This document shows, one piece after another, positions 35,898-45,565 of a stretch of DNA of 45,565 nucleotides; position 1 is the stretch's first letter, and every line of letters starts with the position of its first letter. The DNA lies in assembly GCF_036365525.1 (NCBI RefSeq), contig NW_027140453.1, forward strand, positions 1,364,001 to 1,409,565. Reading direction: 5' to 3'. The notes beneath the pieces were generated by a model. That model was not told the DNA's origin. It did not search any database and saw only the letters and a list, made by a program, of their open reading frames with translations. Origin of the DNA: Heterodontus francisci (Eukaryota). A program made the position numbers and the translations under genes.

Positions 35898-36382
35898 ATC
35901 TCTCCAGGCACAGAAATACACGGCCGAGTGATTCTCCCGCAGGCTGGAGGACTCCAGATTGAACTCGGAGTCTGTCGGTCTCTCGGCGGTGAAACCCTCC
36001 ACCGTCCCCTCTGAGTTCACCCTTTGTGCAGTTAGGGAGTAAAACATCAGCTGCGGCTCCTTCCCCGGGTATTGTCTGTACCAGTACATGTAAGGGTTAC
36101 TGGTGCCATCCACGGTGCATTTCAGCTTCACCTGCTCCTCAGACAATTTGGAGACAGAGGCGGGAGTCTGGTGGATAGTCTGTGAGTTCACATCTGGGAA
36201 AGAGACAGGGAGAGGAGGAGATCAGTAAACAGGGAAATTCAGTCCAGTGGGGAGAGAGAAAGAGAGAGAAGGAGAGAACGAAATAAATAAAACCATATCC
36301 TAAAGAAATGTTAAGTAGAATTATTGTTTCAATAAAATTCCTTACGGTGAAACAGGGTGATCAGAGTCAGTAACAGATACAT
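35898..36382 (-). CDS. TRBV: TCR beta V gene segment (TRBV30-like), intact: leader 36346-36382, V exon 35898-36193
   Basis: MYLLLTLITLFH-H-VNSQTIHQTP..CTVDGTSNPYMYWYRQ..YFCAWR; GTAAGG donor; perfect 23-RSS 35859-35897. Confidence 0.94.
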
Positions 36383-37603
36383 CTTTTACTTTAAGCTGCC
36401 TTCTGAATCAGCAAAGGGGAGAGAGCAGGAGTGATGAGTGTTGTTAATAACCAACCCACTCTTTACAAATCATTGGGAGGAACAGGGAGAGCATTAGGAA
36501 GTGATGCAGAGATGGTGACGTTCATTTCCCACATCAACAAATGAGAATCGAGTTGGTTGCCAATGTCCCACTTTCTCTCTCTCTCTCTGTCTCTCCCTGT
36601 CCTTTACTTGTGATGCTCCTTTCTTCCTCTCTGTCTCTCTTCTGTGCCTCCCTATATGTCTCAGTCTGTTTATTTCAGTCTCTCTCTCTCACAGATACAC
36701 ACACATTAGGTCTCTCTCTCTTTCTTTGTTTGTCTCTCTGTCTCTCTCGCTGTGTGTGTGTCTCTCTCTCTCTTCTCTCTCTCTAAGGATGTGGATTTCC
36801 TTCTCCTGGTCATGTATATCAACCTGGAGGACTGTATGTTCTCCCACTGTTTCAGTTTTCCTGTGAACTCCTTCTCAAAAGCCATTGTACATCACATGGT
36901 CCAAGAGCGTCCTCAGCTGTCCCTGTGGTGAAAATATACACAGTGTCAGTCTATAACAGCCCCAGTCCTTTTATTGTTATTCATTCCTGATAGTTACAAT
37001 CCTGAGATCACGGGATATTCTTATTCAATGAGCTGGAAGATGAATGGGCACGGATACAAAGCTGTGCATGTGTGTGCGTGTGTTTTTCACTCGCTCTGTC
37101 TTTAGTTAACTGTCTCCCTCTGTTTCACTGCTCTCTGTCTTTCTCTCCCTGTCTCTTTCTGTGTGTGTGTCTGTCTGTCTCCCAATCTGTCTCACTCTCT
37201 TCCTCTGTGTTTTTTTTGCTTTTCTCTCGCACTTCCTTCTTCCCCCTCTCTGTCCTCCTCTCTCTCCTCTGTCTGTCTCTCTGTCTCAGTCGCTTTCCCT
37301 CAGACGCTTTCTCTCAGTCTCGCTCTCAGACTCTCGCTCTCTGTCTCTGTCTCTCTCTCTCTGTCTCTCTCTCACTCTCTGTCTCTCTCTGTCTCTCAGT
37401 CTTTCTTTCCCTCAGTATCTCTATCTCTCTCTCTCTGTCCCTCTCTCACTCTCTGTCTCTCTCGGTCTCTCAGTCTCTCTCTCTCTGTCCCTCTCTCACT
37501 CTCTGTCTCTCTCGGTCTCTCAGTCTCTCTCTCTCAGTCTCTCTCACTGTTTCTCTGTCTCAGTCTCTCTGTCTCAGTCTCTTCCTCTGTGTTTTTTGTT
37601 TTT

Positions 37604-38010
37604 TGGGAGCTAGTCGGTCTCTCGGCGGTAAAACCGTCCACCGCCTTCTCCGGATTTATGTGATCAGTACCTGTGGAGTAAAACATAAACTGTGGCTCCT
37701 TCCCCGGGTATTGTCTGTACCAGAACATGTCAGGGTTACTGCTGCCCTGCACGGTGCATTTCAGCTTCACCTGCTCCTCAGAAAATTTGGAGACAGCGGC
37801 GGGAGTCTGGTGGATATTCTTTGAGTTCACATCTGGGAAAGAGACAGGGAGAGGAGGAGATCAGTAAACAGGGAACTTCAGTCCAGTGGGAGAGAGAAAG
37901 AGAGAAATAAATAAATAAAAACATCACCTAAAGAAATGTTAAGTAGAATTATTGTTTCAATAAAATCCCTTACGGTGAAACAGGGTGATCAGAGTCAGTA
38001 ACAGATACAT
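37604..38010 (-). pseudogene. TRBV: 3'-truncated TRBV30-like pseudogene (second Cys and RSS missing)
   Basis: Leader 37974-38010; exon from 37832 breaks off after ERPTSS into CT microsatellite. Confidence 0.88.
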
Positions 38011-38389
38011 CTTTTACTTTAAGCTGCCTTCTGAATCTGCAAAGGGGAGAGAGCAGGAGTGCTGAGTGTTGTTAATAACCAACCCACTCTTTACAAATCA
38101 TTGGGAGGAACAGGGAGAGCATTAGGAAGTGATGCAGAGATAGTGACGCCCAGTTAAACAAGTCAGAGTGGAGTAGGTTGACAATGTCTCTCTCTCTCTC
38201 TATTTGCATACATCCAGCTTTATGTCTACAACTCTTTCATTCTCTTTCTCTCTCTGTATATGTGTGTGTTTGTGTGTGTGTGCATCTTTCTGTCTCTGTC
38301 TCCCTCTGTCCCGTTCATTTCCACTGAGCTTTTCCTCACGACGTCTCCCTGATTCACCCTCTCTGTCTCTATGTTTCATCACCGGATTG

Positions 38390-39170
38390 ATTGAGAACCA
38401 GAGGTCACTTATTGATGGTAATTGGCAGAAGATCCAAAGGTGAACTGAGGAAACCTTTTGACACAGTGAATAGTTAGGATCTGGAATGCACTACCTGAGA
38501 GTGCGGGGGAGGCAGTTTCATTCGTCGCTTTCAGAAGGAAATTTGAATAATTATGTGTAAGGAAAATGTGCAGTGTTATGTAGAAAGGGCAGGGGGAGTG
38601 GGACTTACTGCAGAGACCAAATACAGCAACAGGCTAACAGCATTGTGGAACATCCTGCATTCAGGCTGCAAGTGTGACCCTGAGATTCCGGTTAGCGGAT
38701 ATTTTTAATTCTCATTCCCACTCCCTCCCTGACCTCTCTGTACTCGACCTCCTTCTCTGCTCCAGTGAAGCTCAACAGAAACTCGAAGAAAAGCACATCA
38801 TCTTTCAATTGGATACTTTGCAGCTTTCTGGGCTCAACAGTGAGTTAAACAATTTCTGATCGTAACAACTGCTCCGGTTTATATGGGCAGAGGTTTGTTG
38901 GTAATAATTGTGTTTCTGCTATTTTCACCTCCTCTAGACCCATCTCTTGTTCTTTACTTGACCCATTAACTTCCCCTTTGTCTTGCACCAGCCTCAGTTT
39001 TGTTATTAAGTCTCTCCTGCATTCCTCCCATTCTCCCTCTCCCTGGCTTTCTGCTGCTAAATAGCTGATAGACCTCTAAATCCTTCCAGTTCTGTTGAAA
39101 GGTCTACGACCTGATATGTTAATGTTTTGTCTCTCTCCACAGAGACTGTCTGACCTGATTAGTATTTCCA
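38390..39170 (+). mobile_element. CR1 3' remnant followed by a Penelope-like (GIY-YIG) 3' fragment (~38640-39170)
   Basis: WNALP-type coding near 38480; KLEEKHIIFQLDTLQLSGLN resembles the Penelope endonuclease C-terminus. Confidence 0.7.
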
Positions 39171-39814
39171 TCCTTATTTATTTATACCCCAGAAACGCAA
39201 TGAGCTCCAATATAGTGACCTAAACCATCCAGAACCTAAACCATCCAGCATCTGCGGTACCTTGTGTTCAGTTCACCAGACTGTAACCGGGATGTATTTC
39301 TATAATTATCAGGAGAGGTTCATATACAAGTTTCAAAGTCCCTATTGAAACATCATCAATAATCTGATACTTATCATGGTCCTACACCGCCCTCTGCTGT
39401 CCCTTTGGATAAAGACAACACTGTCAGTGAATAAAACACAACAGTGTCTGTCTGCCAACCAGCTTTCTATCAACCTATCTACCGACCTATCTGATCTTCA
39501 CTTCACACATTAAACCCTTTCATAATCTTTCTAAGAACTATGAATGTTCACCCTTCAGTCTTCTCCTTTCTGGAGCAAAGATGTTTAAACTATCTTTGTT
39601 CCGATATCATTCCTGCAAAGTCTATTTCACAATTCCCCTGTGCTTCGATATCTAACCTCTCACTTTCTGTTTAAATCCGCCCTGTCTTCTTGTGAAAAAC
39701 ACTTTTCCAATGCCAAAAACACCCAACAGGACGCAGCACCGCCTGGTTTTATCTGAAACAGGTGTTTCCTGCTGCCTTTGGAGTTTTTGTTGAACTGCTC
39801 CATCTCTCACTGTG

Positions 39815-40278
39815 AAGACTCCAGGCACAGAAATACACGGCCGAGTGATTCTCCCGCAGGCTGGAGGACTCCAGTTTGAACTCGTACTTATTAAGTTTCT
39901 CGGTGGTAAAACCGTCCACCGTCCCCTCTGGATCCACATAGTTAGCAGTACTGGAGTAAAACATCAACAGCGGCTCCTTCCCCGGGTATTGTCTGTACCA
40001 GTACATGGAGATGCTACCAGTACATGGAGATGCGACTTCACAGTGCACATCAGTCCCACTCCTTTTGCGGGAAATCTGGAGACAGTGGCGGTAATCTGGT
40101 GGATAGTCTGTGAGTTCACATCTGGGAGAGAGATGGAGAGAGGAGGAGATCAGTAAACAGGGAATTTCTGGGAATGAAAGGAAGACAGGGAGAGGAGAGG
40201 AAAGTTATTAACGATAATCTTTGTATTTCACACTCACTTACAATGAAACAGGATTATCAGACACAGTAACTGATACAT
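39815..40278 (-). pseudogene. TRBV: TRBV30-like pseudogene: frameshift and 17-bp RSS spacer
   Basis: Leader 40242-40278; exon 39815-40121 with a 19-bp tandem duplication (39996-40033); heptamer 39808-39814, spacer only 17 nt, nonamer 39782-39790. Confidence 0.9.
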
Positions 40279-40465
40279 CTTTCACTGTAACTTGTTCTCT
40301 TAATGGACACAGGAGTGAAAGCCGGAGCCTAGAGTCTTGTGAGGGTCCAATTCCACTCTTTACAAATCATTGGGAGGAAGATGAAGAGCATTAGGAAGTG
40401 ATACAATGTTGGAGACGCCCATTCCCCCAGGTCAACAAATCACAATCAAATTGGTTGCCAATCAC

Positions 40466-40524
<59 letters not shown>

Positions 40525-41316
40525 CACCTTCCGCTCTCTTGCTCTCACTCTGTCTGTCTCGCTCTCTCCTCATGTGTCTGGGGTTATGTCTCCCACTCTC
40601 TCCTTCTCTCTGACTCTCCCTCTCTCTTACTCTTACTGTCTCATTAGTTCTTTCTCTGTCTCTGTCTCTCTCTAGCTCTGCCTCCCTATCTGTCTCAGGC
40701 TCTTTATCTCAGTCTCTCTTTCTCTCCTTCTCTCTCTGTCCCTCTCTCTCTCTCACTCTCATTATGTCTCTCTTGCTGCCTCGCTGTCTTTGTCTCTATC
40801 TCTGTCTCCCTCTCTGTCTCAGTCTCTTTAATTCTATCTGTCGTTTTTCCTCTCTCTCACTAGATCTCTCTGTCACACACACACACACTCTTACTCTCTC
40901 TAACAAAATGGTGTCCTTGTCCTGTTCATGTGTATCAAGCTGGATCTGCATGATCTCCTGCTCTTTCAGTTTTCTCACGAAATCCTTCTCAAAGCCATTA
41001 TCCGTTCCATGGTCCTGGATCCACCTCTGCTGTCCCTGTGGAGAAGGTAAACACTGTGTCAGTGCATAAAAACCTAGATTATTGTCATTGATTCCTGATA
41101 ATTACATTCTGAGATCTCGTGACATCTTTATTAATCGCAGTACCTGCAAATCTAGTGTGTCACTACAATAATGTCTCAACACTTTTTATTGTAATACTTT
41201 CACTCTGCATAAGGGAACAGGAGGTCGAGGCACCGAACGGTTTTACCCCCCCCACAGGTGTTTCCTGCTGCCTTTGGGGTTATTGTTGAACTGCTCCACC
41301 TTTCTGAGTTACTGTG

Positions 41317-41785
41317 AAGACTCCAGGCACAGAAATACACGGCCGAGTGATTCTCCTACAGGCTGGAGGACTCCAGTTTGAACTCGGAGTCAGTCGGTCT
41401 CTCGGCGGTGAAACCATCCAGTGTCCCCTCTGAGTTCACCCTTTGTACAGTGAGGGAGTAAATCATCAGCTGCGGCTCCTTCCCCGAGTATTGTCTGTAC
41501 CAGTACATGTAAGGGTTACTGGTGCCATCCACGGTGCATTTCAGCTTCATCTGCTCCCCAGGAAATTTGGAGACAACGGCGGGAGTTGGTGGATAGTCTG
41601 TGAGTTCACATCTGGGAAAGAGACAGGGAGAGGAGGAGATCAGTAAACAGGGAATTTCAGTACAGTGGGAGAGAGACAGAGAGAAAGAAGTACAAACATA
41701 ACCTAAAGAAATGTTAAGTAGAATTATTGTTTCAATAAAATTCCTTACGGTGAAACAGGGTGATCAGAGTCAGTAACAGATACAT
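41317..41785 (-). pseudogene. TRBV: TRBV30-like pseudogene: 1-bp deletion in FR1, TAG in FR3, degenerate RSS
   Basis: Leader 41749-41785; exon 41317-41611; GGGAGTTGG vs GGGAGTCTGG at ~41586; TAG at 41356-41358; RSS CACAGTA-23-ACAATAACC (41278-41316). Confidence 0.9.
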
Positions 41786-43191
41786 CTTTTACTTTAAGCT
41801 GCCTTCTGAATCTGCAAAGGGGAGAGAGCAGGAGTGATCAGTGTTGTCAATAACCAACCCACTCTTTATAAATCATTGGGAGGAACAGGGAGAGCATTAG
41901 GAAGTGATGCAGAGATGGTGACACTTATTTTCAAGATCAACAAATGAGAATCGAGTTGTAAATGTCCCAATTTCTCTCTCAGTCTCTCTCTCTTTTTTTC
42001 TCTCTCTCTCTAAGGGGGTGATTGTCCTTCTCCTGGTCATGTATATCAACCTGGAGGACTGTATGATCTCCCACTGTTTCAGTTTTCCTATGAACTCCTT
42101 CTCAAAAGCCATTGTGCATCACATGGTCCTAGAGCGTCCTCAGCTATCCCTGTGGTGAAAATATACACAGTGTCAGTCTATAACAGCCCCAGTCCTTTTA
42201 TTGTTATTCTTTCCTGACAGTTACTATCCTGAGATCACGGGATATTCTTATTCAATGAGCTGGAAGATGAATAGACACGGATACATAGCAGTGCATGTGT
42301 GTGCGTGTATTTTTCACTCGCTCTGTCTTTAGATCACTGTCCCCCTCTGTTTTACTGCTCTCTGTCTTTCTGTCCCTGTCTCTTTCTTTGTGTGTTTGAG
42401 TGCATGTGTGTATGTGTGTGTCTGTTTCCCAATCTGTTTCAGTCTCTTCCTCTGTCTTTTTTTTTTGTTTTCTCTCTGGTTCTTTCTTGGCCCCCCTCTC
42501 TGTCCTCCTCCCTCTCCTCTCTCTCCTCCTCTCAGTCTCAATCGCTCTGTCTCCGTCTCTCTGTCTCAGTCTCTTTGTCTCAGTCTCTCTCTCAACCTTT
42601 CTCTCTCAGTCTCTCTGTCTCTGTCAGTTTTCCTCTCAATCTTGTTCTCACCCTCTCTCACACACTCGGTCTCCCTCTCTTTGTCTCTCTCGCTGTGTGT
42701 GTGTGTATCCCTCTCTCAGGTGATGAATGTCCTTCTCCTGTCACTGTGTATGAAGCTCGAGGGCTGCATGACCTCTGCCTCTTTCTGTTTTCCGATTAAA
42801 TGTTTTCTCGTCCATTGTGTATTAATGGTCCTGGAGCGCCCTCTGTTAACCCTATAGAGGAAGAAAACTCAGTGTCAGTGCAGAAGAACTCACGTCGTTT
42901 TATTGTTAATCTTTCCTGATAGTTACAACCTCAGATCTGGTGTTATCCTTGTTAATCATTCAGAGAGAGATCGAAACTTTTACCGCACAGATGAGGTCCG
43001 TTCATTGTCTCTTCGTCAGTGCCCGTCCATCTATTATCACACTTTTATTCTCACTTGTCTTCTTATCGTCACAAAAACAATCGCCCTGCACAAAAACCAA
43101 GTGGCAGCACCGAGCACCTTTATCCTCCACAGGTGTTTCCTGCTGCCTTTGGGGTTTTTGTTGAACTGCTCCATCTCTCTGAGTCACTGTG

Positions 43192-43665
43192 AAGACTCCA
43201 GGCACAGAAGTACACGGCCGAGTGATTCTCCCGCAGGTTGGAGGACTCCAGGTTGAACTCGGAGTTACTTGGTCTCTCGGCGGTAAAACCATCCACCTCT
43301 TCTGGAGATACGAGATTGGCACCCGTGGAGTAAAACATAAACTGCGGCTCCTTCCCCGGGTATTGTCTGTACCAGAACATGTCAGGGTTACTGCTGCCCT
43401 GCACGGTGCATTTCAGCTTCACCTGCTCCCCAGAATATTTGAAGACAGCGGCGGGAGTCTGGTGGATAGTCTGTGAGTTCACATCTGGGAAAGAGAAAGG
43501 GAGAGGAGGAGATCAATAAACAGGGACATTCAGTCCAGTGGGGAGAAAGAGGAGAGAGAGAGAAAATCAATGAAAAATAAAACGAAAGAAATGTTAAGTA
43601 GAATTATTGTTTCAATAAAATGCCTTACGGTGAAACAGGGTGGTCAAAGTCAGTAACAGATACAT
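43192..43665 (-). CDS. TRBV: TCR beta V gene segment (TRBV30-like), intact: leader 43629-43665, V exon 43192-43484
   Basis: MYLLLTLTTLFH-H-VNSQTIHQTP..CTVQGSSNPDMFWYRQ..YFCAWS; perfect 23-RSS 43153-43191. Confidence 0.94.
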
Positions 43666-44079
43666 ATTTTACTTTAAGCTGCCCTCTGAATCAGCAAAGG
43701 GGAGAGAGAAGGAGTGATGAGTGTTGTCAATAGCCAACCCACTCTTTACAAATCATTGGGAGGAACAGGAAGAGCATTAGGAAGTGATGCATAGATGGTG
43801 ACGCCCAGGTAAACATGTCAGAGTGGAGGAGGTTGTCAATGTCTCTCTCTCTATCTCAATCCGCCTTCCTCTCTCTTTCTTACTCTTCGTTCCTCACTCT
43901 CTCTCTCTCTGCATGTATCGAGATTTATGTCTCCCACTCTTTCAATCTCTTTCTCTCTATATCTGTGTGTGTGTGCGTATTTTCCTCTCTCTGTCTCCCT
44001 CTGTCCCGTTCATTTACGTTGCGTTTTTCCTCTCTATGTCTCCCTGATTCACCCTCTCTGTCTCTGTGTTTCATGGGCT

Positions 44080-44870
44080 GATGTATTGAGAAATAGAGGG
44101 CACTTATTGAAGGTAATTGGCAAAAGATCCAAAGGTGAACTGAGGAAACTTTTTGACGCAGTGAGTGGTGAGGATCTGGAATGCACTATCTGAGAGTGCG
44201 GGGGAGGCAGGTTCAATCGTGGCTTTCAAAAGGAAATTTGGATAATTATCTGAAGGGAAAATGTGCAGTGTTATTTAGAAAGGGCAGGAGGAGTGGGACT
44301 AGCTACAGAGACCAAGTACAGCAACAGGGTGACAGCATTGTGGAACATCCTGCATTCAGGCTGCAAGTGTGACCCTGAGATTCCGGTTAGTGGATACTTT
44401 TATTTCCCATTCCCACTCCCACCCTGACCTCTCTTTCCTCGAACTCCTTCTCTACTCCAATGAAGCTCAACAGAAACTCGAAGAACAGCCCCTCATCTTT
44501 CAATTGGACACTTTACAGCTTTCTGGACTCAACAGCCAATTTAACCATTTCTGATCATAACCACTGCTCCGGTTTATTTGGACAGAGGCTTGTTGGTAAT
44601 GATTGTGTTTCTGCCAGTTCTGCCTCTTCTAGACCCATCTTTTGTTCTTTACTTGACCCATTAACTTCCCCTTTGTCTTGCACCAGCCTCAGTTTTGTTA
44701 TTCAATCTCTTTTGCATTTCTCCCATTGCCCGTCTCTCTGACTTTGTGCTGCTTAAAAGTTAATAGATCTCTAAATCCTTCCAGTTCAGTTGAAAGATCT
44801 ACGACCTGATATGCTAATGTTTTTCTCCCTCGACAGAGGCTGTCTGATCTGATTAACATTTCCATCCTGA
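44080..44870 (+). mobile_element. Duplicate of the CR1 + Penelope-like remnant at 38390-39170
   Basis: KLEEQPLIFQLDTLQLSGLN; collinear with the first copy at an offset of ~5.7 kb. Confidence 0.7.
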
Positions 44871-45565
44871 TTTATTTATAACCCAGAAACGCAATGAGCA
44901 CCAATATAGTGACAGAGGACCCAGAACCTAAACCATCCAGCATCTGCGGGACCTTGTGTTCAGTTCACCAGACTGTAAACGGGATGTAGTCCTTTAATTA
45001 TCAGGAGCGGTTCATGGACAAGTTTCAAAGTCCCGATTGAAACATCATCAATAATCTGATACTAATCACGGTCCTACACCGCCCTCTGCTGTCCCTTTGG
45101 AGAAAGACAACACTGTCAGTGAATAAACCACAACAGTGTCTATATATCTATTTACCTATCTATCTCTCTTCCGATCGATCTACCTACCTATCTACCTATC
45201 CATCTACCCATTTATCTATCTAGTTATCTATCTATCTTCCTACTTATCTACCTATCTNNNNNNNNNNNNNNNNNNNNNNNNNNNNNNNNNNNNNNNNNNN
45301 NNNNNNNNNNNNNNNNNNNNNNNNNNNNNNNNNNNNNNNNNNNNNNNNNNNNNNNNNNNNNNNNNNNNNNNNNNNNNNNNNNNNNNNNNNNNNNNNNNNN
45401 NNNNNNNNNNNNNNNNNNNNNNNNNNNNNNNNNNNNNNCTTATCTACCTACCTAACTGCCGATCTATCTACCTGTCTATCTATCAACCTATTTATATATC
45501 TACCCACCTATCTATCTACCTAGCTTTCTACCTAACTATTTATCTACCTACATATCAACCTACCT

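Noticed and set aside
16436-43484. Alternative identity as Ig heavy/light, IgNAR or NAR-TCR V genes
   Set aside because: Translocon V array with 23-RSS, 12/23 D, 12-RSS J, WYRQ and CAWS motifs and no clear octamer promoter fit TCR beta rather than shark Ig clusters.

Overview
Vertebrate genomic DNA, almost certainly from a cartilaginous fish (shark-type CR1 LINEs, an HE1-like SINE, Penelope remnants, heavy microsatellite load, 7 N-gaps). It is part of a RAG-rearranging T-cell-receptor locus encoded on the minus strand. Reading right to left there are ten V exons, one internally deleted V relic and one orphan leader exon, then a candidate D, a J and a degenerate second J. Nine V exons belong to one expanded family that closely resembles mammalian TRBV30 (SQTIHQ..CTV.G.SNP.MYWYRQ..YFCAWS); one is divergent and has extra cysteines. 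Only four V genes look fully intact. The candidate D is non-canonical (GGAGGTCAGTATAG, 12/23 RSS) and the J carries FGGR instead of FGxG. No constant exon is in the window. The most striking non-coding structure is a set of CTCF-like motifs all pointing toward D-J: two homologous 45-bp tandem arrays (12.8-13.07 kb and 31.57-31.79 kb) plus one motif in the 3' flank module of most V genes. An ETS/E-box pair is also conserved right behind the V nonamers. All calls were made by eye, with no database search.
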